Below, piece after piece: positions 19,496-27,571 of a stretch of DNA of 45,640 nt. Position 1 is the stretch's first letter. Every line of letters starts with the position of its first letter. The translations under genes were made by a program, and so were the position numbers. The stretch covers positions 1 through 45,640 of the forward strand of contig CAYVYQ010000002.1 in NCBI GenBank assembly GCA_964455855.1. The letters are read 5' to 3'. Below the pieces are notes generated by a model, which did no database searches, had not been told where the DNA came from, and saw nothing but the letters and a program-made list of their open reading frames with translations. This stretch comes from an uncultured Gammaproteobacteria bacterium (lineage in GTDB: Bacteria > Pseudomonadota > Gammaproteobacteria > Magnimaribacterales > D2472).

Positions 19496-20311
19496 ATGAA
19501 CAAAAAATTTAAATTAGCTCTGCTGTCTGTACCTTTTTTATTTGTTATTTCGTGCTCTCAGTCAAATGAGGTACAGGAATCTAAGCTGGCCTGGGATGCA
19601 ACAAATTACACTATGTACAACGAGTTTATGCAATGCACAGCTGGAGAAGAATATAGTCAAGATGCGCTTGATAGCATGATTAAATCATGGAGAGATCTTG
19701 GATTGTCTGAATCTTTGCTTGGTGGCTGGGGTTATGTATCAGTATCTCCAGAACAAAGTGATTTTAACAACTATTGGGAATTGAGTTGGTCCTCAAAAGA
19801 AGAAGCTGATGCAGCTTGGGCGCAATGGATAGCCAATGAAGATGCTATGGCATGGAGTGAGGGGTCCTCTAAGATTCTTCAATGTGATGGTGAAAATAGA
19901 GATGGTTATGATTTTATTTTTCCATATGACCCTTATGCTTTTGGTGAAGCTCCAGAAGATGGTTCTTTTGCTGCAGCGTTTAGCCCTTGCACACTAAATG
20001 AGGGTATGGGGCAGGAAGATCTTAATCAAGCTTTGATTAGCTACAATGCTTGGCTTGATGCAATAGACCAATCTCAAGTAAGTGGTTTTTATGCATATGG
20101 ACTTTATATTCCAGAAGATAAAACTCAAGCAGAAGATTTCTGGTTTGGAAATTTTCATGAAAATCTTGCAACCATGACTGAAGGCAACGAGTTATGGGAG
20201 GCTACTGGAGGTGATGCCAAGATTGAGCTCGAGTCTGTTAGTACATGTGGCGAACCTGAGGTGTCTAATGGCCAGGTATTTTTTGATCCAGCTAAGCCAG
20301 ATTTCTCTTAG
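19496..20311 (+). CDS. Acidic, Trp-rich lipoprotein of unknown function with apparent internal duplication
   Basis: Signal peptide plus lipobox (FVISC, Cys20). SD-like GAGGT sits 8 nt upstream. Two roughly 105-aa halves each carry a Cys pair (C47/C130 and C165/C251). Confidence 0.6.
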   Translation: MNKKFKLALLSVPFLFVISCSQSNEVQESKLAWDATNYTMYNEFMQCTAGEEYSQDALDSMIKSWRDLGLSESLLGGWGYVSVSPEQSDFNNYWELSWSSKEEADAAWAQWIANEDAMAWSEGSSKILQCDGENRDGYDFIFPYDPYAFGEAPEDGSFAAAFSPCTLNEGMGQEDLNQALISYNAWLDAIDQSQVSGFYAYGLYIPEDKTQAEDFWFGNFHENLATMTEGNELWEATGGDAKIELESVSTCGEPEVSNGQVFFDPAKPDFS

Positions 20312-20325
20312 CCTTTAGATCATAG

Positions 20326-20356
20326 AAAAAAGAGTTGCATTTGCAGCTCTTTTTTT
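20326..20356. terminator. Putative bidirectional intrinsic terminator between convergent genes
   Basis: AAAAA, then AGAGTTGCA/TGCAGCTCT (8-9 bp stem with one G-U wobble on the plus strand), then TTTTTT. It lies between the lipoprotein gene stop (20311) and the hflX stop (20355-20357). Confidence 0.55.
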
Positions 20357-21653
20357 ATGGAGAGACAGGTTTTAAATTTTTAAAAATCTCAATTTCTTCA
20401 AATTGTTCCAGCATGCTTCGAGAGATTGAAACCAATGATTGATGTTGGCCATTTGAACCCATCTTTTCTTCTAAGATGCAACCCGAATCAAATAACTTCG
20501 AGCGAACAGATGCTTGCACGGGCGGGAAATGAACCCAGCCACATAATAACCCCCCAAAGAGCATCTCAGAGATTATATTTTTTAACTCATCAAGACCTTC
20601 GCCTGTCTCGCTTGATATTTTAATTTCAGGATGTAAATTATTTGCAGGCCATATATCTTCATTTGCAATTAAATCAATTTTATTTAATGCCCTAATTTGT
20701 GGCATAGAAGTAACCCCCAAATCATCAAGAATTAAATCCACCTCTTTAATTTTATAATCTCTGTTTGTATCTGCAGCGTCAATAACATGGATCAAAAGAT
20801 CAGCAGAGGCCAAATCATCCAATGTTGCTTTGAAAGATTCAACCAATTTAGTTGGAAGGTTTGATATAAAACCTACAGTGTCAGAAAAAAGAACTGTTTC
20901 AAGCGTTTTGAATTTAAAGTCAGCCCGCCTGGTAGTAGTATCCAATGTTGCAAACAATTTATCTTCAGCCTCAAGACCACCTTTAGTAAGCATATTAAAT
21001 AATGAGGTTTTGCCAGCATTTGTATAACCAACCAAAGCCACTAATTTATTGCTACCTTTTTTTCTTGAGTACCTATTTAAATTTTTTTGATTGTGTTGTT
21101 TGTCTAATTTTTTTTTGAGTTGTTTAATTCGATTGCCAATCAATCTTCTGTCAGTCTCAAGCTGAGTTTCCCCTGGACCTCTTAAGCCAATTCCACCTTT
21201 TTGCCTTTCAAGATGACTCCACCCTCTGACTAATCGAGTTGATAAAAAACTCAGCTGAGCAAGTTCAACCTGAAGTTTTCCAATATCACTCTGAGCCCTG
21301 GCAGCAAAAATATCTAAGATCAGGCCTGTTCTATCAAGCACTCTTGCACATAATAATTTTTCCAAATTTCTTTCTTGAGAGGGGGAAAGTTCACAATCCA
21401 AAACTACCAACTTAATGTTATCTAATTCGACGATATTTTTGAGTTCATCAGCTTTTCCTTTGGTAAGAAAGTGGCTAGCAGACACAAAGTTTTGTTTTGA
21501 AAAAATATGATGCTCAACTGTCAGTCCAGATGATCTAGCAAGCTCAATAAATTCACTAGAGTTAAATTGTTCAAGATCATCTTGATTCGATCTTAGCAAA
21601 TCAATAGAAACAATTATTGCTCTTTGATCGTCTGGGGGTAAAGTTTTTTCCAA
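20355..21653 (-). CDS. hflX: GTPase HflX
   Basis: 432 aa. HflX N-terminal domain followed by G-domain motifs GYTNAGKTSLFN, DTVGF and NKID. Confidence 0.93.
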   Translation of the reverse strand: MEKTLPPDDQRAIIVSIDLLRSNQDDLEQFNSSEFIELARSSGLTVEHHIFSKQNFVSASHFLTKGKADELKNIVELDNIKLVVLDCELSPSQERNLEKLLCARVLDRTGLILDIFAARAQSDIGKLQVELAQLSFLSTRLVRGWSHLERQKGGIGLRGPGETQLETDRRLIGNRIKQLKKKLDKQHNQKNLNRYSRKKGSNKLVALVGYTNAGKTSLFNMLTKGGLEAEDKLFATLDTTTRRADFKFKTLETVLFSDTVGFISNLPTKLVESFKATLDDLASADLLIHVIDAADTNRDYKIKEVDLILDDLGVTSMPQIRALNKIDLIANEDIWPANNLHPEIKISSETGEGLDELKNIISEMLFGGLLCGWVHFPPVQASVRSKLFDSGCILEEKMGSNGQHQSLVSISRSMLEQFEEIEIFKNLKPVSP

Positions 21654-21781
21654 ATTTTGAAAGTTACATTATCTTTTGAAGACTTCTATTGTACGAAATT
21701 ACAATGCAAAAACATACTTTAAGATTTGCAAATTTGGTTCGAGTTCTCCACAATCCATTCTTTTCATTAATAATAAAAAAT

Positions 21782-22255
21782 ATGAATGACTTATTTCCAT
21801 ATGTAGGTAAAACAGTGACAGTCACTAAAGACATGTGTGATTTTAATGGCCACATGAATGTTAATTATATTAAAGAGGTCTTTGAGCAAGCTTGGGAGTT
21901 TGCAAATGAAGAATTTGGTTTAAATGAAGAATATTTAGCAAGTGGTTTTTCAAGCTTTACTCTTGAAGACAACTACAGATTTCAAAAAGAATTTCTCTTG
22001 GGAGACAAGATTTTTCCTAGATTTAGATTATTTAATGTTAACGAAAAACTTTTTCATATGATTGGAGTTCTGTTTGATAAGGATGGGATAATTTCAGCAA
22101 TGTATGAAACAGTCGAGGGCCATATCGACATGAAACAAAGAAAAATTGCGCCCATGGATCCAAAAAGACTTGCAAAGGTATTGGCAATCAAAGAAGCACA
22201 CGATCTAACTGGTAAAGTTCCTTATGACATCAGACTCAAAATTAGAGATTTATGA
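21782..22255 (+). CDS. Hotdog-fold acyl-CoA thioesterase-like protein
   Basis: 4HBT-like pattern (MCDFNGHMNVNYIKEVFEQA). The internal ATG at 21782 is preferred over the 21689 start. The 31-aa extension looks like translated AT-rich intergenic DNA. Confidence 0.6.
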   Translation: MNDLFPYVGKTVTVTKDMCDFNGHMNVNYIKEVFEQAWEFANEEFGLNEEYLASGFSSFTLEDNYRFQKEFLLGDKIFPRFRLFNVNEKLFHMIGVLFDKDGIISAMYETVEGHIDMKQRKIAPMDPKRLAKVLAIKEAHDLTGKVPYDIRLKIRDL

Positions 22256-22274
22256 ACCATCGACAGGAGATCTT

Positions 22275-23072
22275 ATGAATAAAAAATATGCATTAATTAC
22301 AGGGGGAACTGCTGGAATAGGTCTTGATATTGCTAGAGAGCTTGCTAGGCAGGGACATAATATTCTTCTAACCGCAAGACGAGAAGAAAGACTCAAAGAA
22401 ATATCTGCTTCCCTAATAGAAGAATTTAATATTGATTGTAATTATATTGCTGCAGATTTAGCTCAAGTTTCAGCACCAGAAATTATCTATAACTTTTGCT
22501 GTGAAAATGATTATGTAGTTGAAATATTGGTTAACAATGCTGGATATAGCATTAATAAGAAGTTTCATGAAACTGATGAAGAAGAAGAAGAGAAATTTCT
22601 AAGAGTATTAGGTATAGCAGTTGTAGCTCTTACGAAAAAATTTATTCCAAGTATGCTCGAGCAAAAACATGGGAAAATTATGATGGTTTCCTCTCTTGCT
22701 TCCTTTGCACCTCCATCATCTGGGTGGGGCGCCCTTTATGGACCTGTCAAAACTTTTGTTAATAGATTTGGAGATGCAATAAATATTAATTATCGTTCAA
22801 AAGGAATCAGTGCTACAAATGTATGCCCCGGATTCACTGTTACCGAATTTCATACAGCTAGTGGAATGCAAGACGCTATGGACAAAGTACCAGCTTTTAT
22901 GAAAAAGGATTCAAAGACGGTTGCTGTTGGAGCAGTTCAAGCCATGATGAAAGGAAGAAGTGTATGGGTGCCTGGAATATTAAATAAAATATTGGCATTT
23001 TTATGCAATATATTGCCCACAAGCATTGTTATTAAAATGAGCTCTAGCTTAGCTGGTGGTCGCTATGAATGA
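22275..23072 (+). CDS. Short-chain dehydrogenase/reductase (SDR)
   Basis: ALITGGTAGIG cofactor motif, NNAG, and YGPVK catalytic Tyr/Lys. The ATG at 22275 is preceded by AGGAGA at 22265-22270. Confidence 0.85.
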   Translation: MNKKYALITGGTAGIGLDIARELARQGHNILLTARREERLKEISASLIEEFNIDCNYIAADLAQVSAPEIIYNFCCENDYVVEILVNNAGYSINKKFHETDEEEEEKFLRVLGIAVVALTKKFIPSMLEQKHGKIMMVSSLASFAPPSSGWGALYGPVKTFVNRFGDAININYRSKGISATNVCPGFTVTEFHTASGMQDAMDKVPAFMKKDSKTVAVGAVQAMMKGRSVWVPGILNKILAFLCNILPTSIVIKMSSSLAGGRYE

Positions 23073-23301
23073 GGCCGTAAATATTTCAGAAAAAAGAATT
23101 CTACCTACATTTTTGCTTTTTATCGTATTGTCTTGGCCGCTTGGAGCGCATAGATTTTTTTTAAGGCGGTATGCATCTGCTATTCTATTTATTATCACAA
23201 TTGGTGGTTGTGGTATTTGGTGGATAGTTGATTTTATTTTGATAGTGACTGGTTCCATGAAAGATGATCAAGGAAAATTAGTGAAGCTATGGGTAGATTA
23301 G
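23056..23301 (+). CDS. TM2 domain-containing small membrane protein
   Basis: Two TM helices with TM2-type motifs (GAHRFFLRR ... GGCGIWWIVDFILIVTG). The start may instead be the ATG at 23065. Overlaps the SDR 3' end. Confidence 0.7.
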   Translation: MVAMNEAVNISEKRILPTFLLFIVLSWPLGAHRFFLRRYASAILFIITIGGCGIWWIVDFILIVTGSMKDDQGKLVKLWVD

Positions 23302-23954
23302 GCTGGGTTTAAGATTGAGTCAGCCACAAAAGCATTATCTTTTCTCTCTTGTCCAAATGTAGAAACTGGTCCGTGACCTGAAATAAATAAAGTCTCCTCT
23401 CCGAGAGGCCAAAGTTTTTTAGTTATTGAGTCTAATAAATCTTGATGGTTACCTCTAGGTAGATCGGTTCTTCCAATTGATCCACGAAATAAAACATCAC
23501 CAACGGCAGCTAGTTTTGATTCAGGGTGATAAAAAATAATATGTCCTGGTGTGTGCCCTGGACAAAAAATAACTTTAAGGGTTTCATGGCCTAGCTTTAC
23601 CTCATCTCCATCCTCAAGCCATCTATCAGGAGTACAGTTCTGAGCTTGCATTCCAAACATTTTCCCTTGAGATTCCAGTGACTCAAGAAGAAATAAATCT
23701 TCTCGATGTGGCCCCTCAATTTCCAAGGACAGTATGTTTGCTAGTTCATTAGCCGCACCAGCATGATCAGCATGACCGTGAGTGAGGAAAATTTTTTCTG
23801 GAATTAAATCATTGTCTTTTGCAGCCCCTAAAAGAATATCTATGTCACCACCTGGATCAATAAAAGCGCATCTTTTTGATTCTTCGCAATATAAAATAGG
23901 TGCATTTTGTTGAAATGGTGTAACCGGATGAATTAAGGCTTTGATGAGAGACAT
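23298..23954 (-). CDS. MBL-fold metallo-hydrolase (glyoxalase II-like)
   Basis: THGHADHAG metal motif, then CPGHTPGH and GHG. Its stop codon overlaps the convergent TM2 gene stop (TTAG at 23298-23301). Confidence 0.85.
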   Translation of the reverse strand: MSLIKALIHPVTPFQQNAPILYCEESKRCAFIDPGGDIDILLGAAKDNDLIPEKIFLTHGHADHAGAANELANILSLEIEGPHREDLFLLESLESQGKMFGMQAQNCTPDRWLEDGDEVKLGHETLKVIFCPGHTPGHIIFYHPESKLAAVGDVLFRGSIGRTDLPRGNHQDLLDSITKKLWPLGEETLFISGHGPVSTFGQERKDNAFVADSILNPA

Positions 23955-24113
23955 TAGACCATTTTATAGAATTTCTACAGAAGAATGGATACTTTTATAG
24001 TTTTCATGATAGTTCGTAATTAATAGCTGAATAATTATGTATAAATAAATTGAATGATAGAATTAATAATGAAAACATAAGATATTAATTAATTTTTTTA
24101 TTGAGGGAGAGGC
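23955..24113. promoter_or_regulatory. Divergent AT-rich control region upstream of the catabolic cluster
   Basis: At 159 nt this is the longest intergenic region in the window. It holds direct repeats TTTTATAG (23962 and 23993) and ATGATAG...AATTAATA (24006 and 24053), and SD GAGGGAGAGG before the ATG at 24114. No transcription start can be assigned by eye. Confidence 0.4.
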
Positions 24114-25016
24114 ATGAAAATACAATCACTAAGTTATCTGCTAATCGAAACAACGGATCTGCAGGAATGGGCCGATTATGCAAAAGATGTTGTTGGTTTA
24201 ATGAAAAATGATTCTCTAAGCGATGAGAATAATCTTTTTCTTCGAATGGATGAAAAATCTTTCAGATTTCATGTGATGACTGGTGATTCAAAAAGGTATC
24301 TTGCTGCCGGTTTCTCATTATCAGATAAATCTGCATTTGAAGATGCTAAAAATGAATTGGAGAAAGCAAATATTGCTTTTGAAGACTTGGGTGATGAAAT
24401 AGCAAAATTAAGATGTGTTGAGGAGTGTATTGGGCTAAATGATCCTGCAGGCAATAGACTGGAGTTATCTTATGGGAGCAAGGATTCAACTGAACCTTTT
24501 GTATCGACTCAGAATATCAAAGGGTTTATTACTAAAGGACTTGGTTTTGGTCATGTGGTTTTTGCTGCGCCTGACCTAGAGACTGCGCATAGATTTTATA
24601 TAGATGTTTTAGGTTTTGGAGATTCTGATTATATGAATTTTCCAATGGGGCCAGCTCCAGATGCACCCGAAGTTAAATTAAACTTTATGCATTGCGATAA
24701 CCCAAGACATCACACGGTTGCCTTGTATGAATCTCCAATTCCACCATCAGGACTCATACATACCATGGTTGAGGTGAATGACATTGATGAAGTTGGTTAT
24801 GGCCTTGATAGAGCCATGCAAAATAATATTCATATATCTTCTTCCCTAGGCAGGCATTCTAATGACATGATGGTTTCATTTTACATGCAGACACCATCAG
24901 GTTTTGACTTAGAATTTGGTTATGATGGATGGCAGGTAGATTGGGATAACTTTGAAACTCAAAAGAGCAAGATTCCAAGTTTTTGGGGCCATGCCTTCTC
25001 ACCGCCAGAAAATTAG
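24114..25016 (+). CDS. hsaC: Type I extradiol (vicinal oxygen chelate) dioxygenase, HsaC/BphC-like
   Basis: 300 aa with two VOC modules. Candidate metal ligands are in GFGHVVF, RHHTVAL and DLEFG. The steroid-specific assignment rests on context. Confidence 0.8.
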   Translation: MKIQSLSYLLIETTDLQEWADYAKDVVGLMKNDSLSDENNLFLRMDEKSFRFHVMTGDSKRYLAAGFSLSDKSAFEDAKNELEKANIAFEDLGDEIAKLRCVEECIGLNDPAGNRLELSYGSKDSTEPFVSTQNIKGFITKGLGFGHVVFAAPDLETAHRFYIDVLGFGDSDYMNFPMGPAPDAPEVKLNFMHCDNPRHHTVALYESPIPPSGLIHTMVEVNDIDEVGYGLDRAMQNNIHISSSLGRHSNDMMVSFYMQTPSGFDLEFGYDGWQVDWDNFETQKSKIPSFWGHAFSPPEN

Positions 25017-25018
25017 TA

Positions 25019-25888
25019 ATGAATAAAATAGTTTCTTACAAAGACATAATCGATCAGATATCCGATGGAATGACCATTGGTATTGGGGGTTGGGGTGCAC
25101 GTAGAAAACCTATGTCTTTAATTAGGGAGATTTGTCAATCAAATTTAAAAGATTTAACTATTGTTAGTTATGGCGGCCCTGATGTTGGGTTATTGTGCGC
25201 CCATAAAAAAGTTAAAAAATTAATTTTTGGCTTTGTTTCATTGGATATGATCCCTCTGGAAGCACATTTTCGACAAGCTCGTCAAAAAAATGAAATTGAA
25301 GTCATGGAACTAGACGAGGGAATGGTGCAATGGGGCTTGCGAGCAGCTGCCATGAACTTACCCTTTCTGCCAACTCGGGTTGGTCTAGGCACAGATGTTT
25401 TAACCCACAATCCTGAATTAAAATATGTGACATCTCCATACAACGATGCTGAAAAACTTGTTGCAATGCCAGCACTCAAACTTGATGTTGCATTAATTCA
25501 TGCCAATAAATCTGATGAAAAAGGCAATACTCAAATAGTTGGGCCTGACCCATTTTTTGATGAGCTCTTTGCAAGAGCTGCTAGCAAAACTTTTGTATCC
25601 GCTGAAGAGGTTGTATCCACTCAAGATTTAGGTGGTAAAGATGGTGCAATATTCAACAGATTTGAAAGAAGCCTTGTTACAGGAGTTTTGCATGCACCTT
25701 GCGGCGCCCATCCAACATCTTGTGCTCCAAACTATGGTTTTGATATTAAACATCTAAAAGAATATTCAGAAGCAGCTAAATCTTTTGATGAATACAGCTC
25801 TAAGTATTTGAATAAGAGCCATCAAGATTATATTGACTCTGTTGGAGGCTCTGAAGCAATTCTACAAATACCTTTACCACAATTTTAA
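25019..25888 (+). CDS. ipdA: CoA-transferase-fold ring-D hydrolase subunit A (IpdA-like)
   Basis: GMTIGIGGWGARRKPM, YGGPDVGLLC, FGFVSLD, MELDEGMVQWGLRAAAMNLPFLPTRVGLG and LVAMPALKLDVALIH closely follow the IpdA pattern as I recall it. Internal ATG preferred: the 24983 extension overlaps hsaC. Confidence 0.8.
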   Translation: MNKIVSYKDIIDQISDGMTIGIGGWGARRKPMSLIREICQSNLKDLTIVSYGGPDVGLLCAHKKVKKLIFGFVSLDMIPLEAHFRQARQKNEIEVMELDEGMVQWGLRAAAMNLPFLPTRVGLGTDVLTHNPELKYVTSPYNDAEKLVAMPALKLDVALIHANKSDEKGNTQIVGPDPFFDELFARAASKTFVSAEEVVSTQDLGGKDGAIFNRFERSLVTGVLHAPCGAHPTSCAPNYGFDIKHLKEYSEAAKSFDEYSSKYLNKSHQDYIDSVGGSEAILQIPLPQF

Positions 25889-25890
25889 AA

Positions 25891-26646
25891 ATGTCAGAAT
25901 CGATTACATTAGCAGAAATTTGTATTAGCGCATCTTCCAAGGCCTGGGAGGGTGAGGGAGAAATTCTTGCTACAGGCATTGGTTTGATTCCAAGAATTGC
26001 AGCTGGTCTAGCTAAGCTTACACATAATCCAGACTTGATGATGACAGATGGGGAAACTTATCTAATTTCTAAGCCAGCACCTATGGGCAAAAGAGATATT
26101 TCTCACGATCAAGTTGAGGGCTATATGAGTTACAGTCGTGTATTTGAAAATCTTTGGGGTGGCAAAAGACATGCCATGGTCACCCCAACGCAAATAGATT
26201 CCTTTGGGCAAACGAATATTAGCGCTATTGGCGATTACGATTCTCCAAAAGTGCAGCTGCTTGGTGTAAGAGGTTTTCCAGGTAATTTTATTAATCATAA
26301 AAATTCTATTTTTATCCCCAATCATTCTGTAAAAACCTTTGTGAAAGGCAAGGTAGATATGATTTCCGGAATGGGTTACCAGAACAAAGAGCTATCAAAT
26401 GGAAAGTTTGAAATTAAGCTTGTGGTAACTAATCTTGGTGTTTTTGATTTTAATGGAGAAGATAATAAACTTCAGCTACTTAGTTTGCATCCAGGTGTAA
26501 GTGTTGATGATGTTATTCAAAATACAGCTTTTGATGTAATTATTAACTCAGATACAGCCACACCAATGCCTTCGAATGAAGAACTTATTTGTATTCGAGA
26601 AGTCCTTGATCCTCAAGGGATTCGCAACTCAATTTTTGGAGAATAA
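25891..26646 (+). CDS. ipdB: CoA-transferase-fold ring-D hydrolase subunit B (IpdB-like)
   Basis: 251-aa beta-subunit-like protein 2 nt after ipdA. The pairing and size are typical of IpdAB. Confidence 0.75.
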   Translation: MSESITLAEICISASSKAWEGEGEILATGIGLIPRIAAGLAKLTHNPDLMMTDGETYLISKPAPMGKRDISHDQVEGYMSYSRVFENLWGGKRHAMVTPTQIDSFGQTNISAIGDYDSPKVQLLGVRGFPGNFINHKNSIFIPNHSVKTFVKGKVDMISGMGYQNKELSNGKFEIKLVVTNLGVFDFNGEDNKLQLLSLHPGVSVDDVIQNTAFDVIINSDTATPMPSNEELICIREVLDPQGIRNSIFGE

Positions 26647-26650
26647 CAAT

Positions 26651-27562
26651 ATGCCTAGAAGCAAACCTACAATCACATACAAAAAGAAAGATGAAATTGC
26701 CGTCATTTCTATGAATAGGCCTGAATATAATAATGCGCAAAATGGCAAGATGACTTATGACCTAGATAAAGCTTTTAAAAGAGCAATAGACGATGATGAG
26801 ATTAAGGTTATTGTGCTTAAAGGCAATGGCAAGCATTTTTCAGCAGGTCATGATATCGGCACACCTGGAAGAGATGTTGATGTTGAGTACGATCGAAAAT
26901 CTATGTGGTACGACCACACCAATAAGCCTGGTGGGGAGTTTTGGTATGTCAGAGAACAAGAAGTTTATTTAAACATGTGTAGGCGCTGGAGAGATATGCC
27001 TAAACCAACGATTGCCATGGTGCATGGTGCTTGTGTTGCAGGTGGGTGCATGTTGGCGTGGGTATGTGATCTTATTATTGCATCTGAGGATGCTTTCTTT
27101 GCTGATCCAGTTGTGCGTATGGGAATTCCAGGAGTTGAATATTTTGCTCATCCATATGAGTTAAATCCAAGAATTGCAAAAGAATTTCTATTTCTTGGTG
27201 AAAGGATGTCTTCATCAAGAGCTTATGAAATGGGCATGGTTAATAAGGTTGTTCCAATTGAGAATCTTGAGTCAACCGTTATGGAGATGGCCAAAAAAAT
27301 ATCTGCAATGCCAAGACTAGGTTTAACTTTAACCAAACAAGCCATCAACCATGTAGAGGATCTTCAGGGTAAACGCAACGGCATGGAAGCTGCTTTCGCA
27401 TGGCACCATTTTTCTCATGCGCATAATGATTTAACTACTGGTAATGTTTTATCAGGTTTTGATGCAAAGAAGATGGCCAAATCTCAACGTACTAAAACTA
27501 AAAAAACTCCTTCTAAAAAAACACCAGTTAAAAAGTCTGCTGCCAAAAAGAATAAAAAATAG
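26651..27562 (+). CDS. Crotonase-fold enoyl-CoA hydratase/hydrolase (EchA20-like) with lysine-rich C-terminal tail
   Basis: Crotonase motifs (LKGNGKHFSAGHDIG; MVHGACVAGGCMLAWVCDLIIAS). Sits next to ipdAB/ipdC as echA20 does. The last roughly 31 aa are KKMAKSQRTKTKKTPSKKTPVKKSAAKKNKK. Confidence 0.75.
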   Translation: MPRSKPTITYKKKDEIAVISMNRPEYNNAQNGKMTYDLDKAFKRAIDDDEIKVIVLKGNGKHFSAGHDIGTPGRDVDVEYDRKSMWYDHTNKPGGEFWYVREQEVYLNMCRRWRDMPKPTIAMVHGACVAGGCMLAWVCDLIIASEDAFFADPVVRMGIPGVEYFAHPYELNPRIAKEFLFLGERMSSSRAYEMGMVNKVVPIENLESTVMEMAKKISAMPRLGLTLTKQAINHVEDLQGKRNGMEAAFAWHHFSHAHNDLTTGNVLSGFDAKKMAKSQRTKTKKTPSKKTPVKKSAAKKNKK

Positions 27563-27571
27563 AAGAGAAAA

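Noticed and set aside
21688-21705. Inverted repeat ATTGTA-N6-TACAAT upstream of the thioesterase gene
   Set aside because: The arms are only 6 bp and AT-rich, in an AT-rich spacer. This is likely to occur by chance and has no supporting context.
21689-21781. Longest-ORF N-terminal extensions for several genes: 21689, 22224, 24983, 26576, 29246 and 42581
   Set aside because: The extensions overlap upstream genes or translate AT-rich spacer DNA. Internal ATGs (21782, 22275, 25019, 26651, 29378, 42677) coincide with the family-typical N-termini and with SD sequences or ATGA-type coupling.
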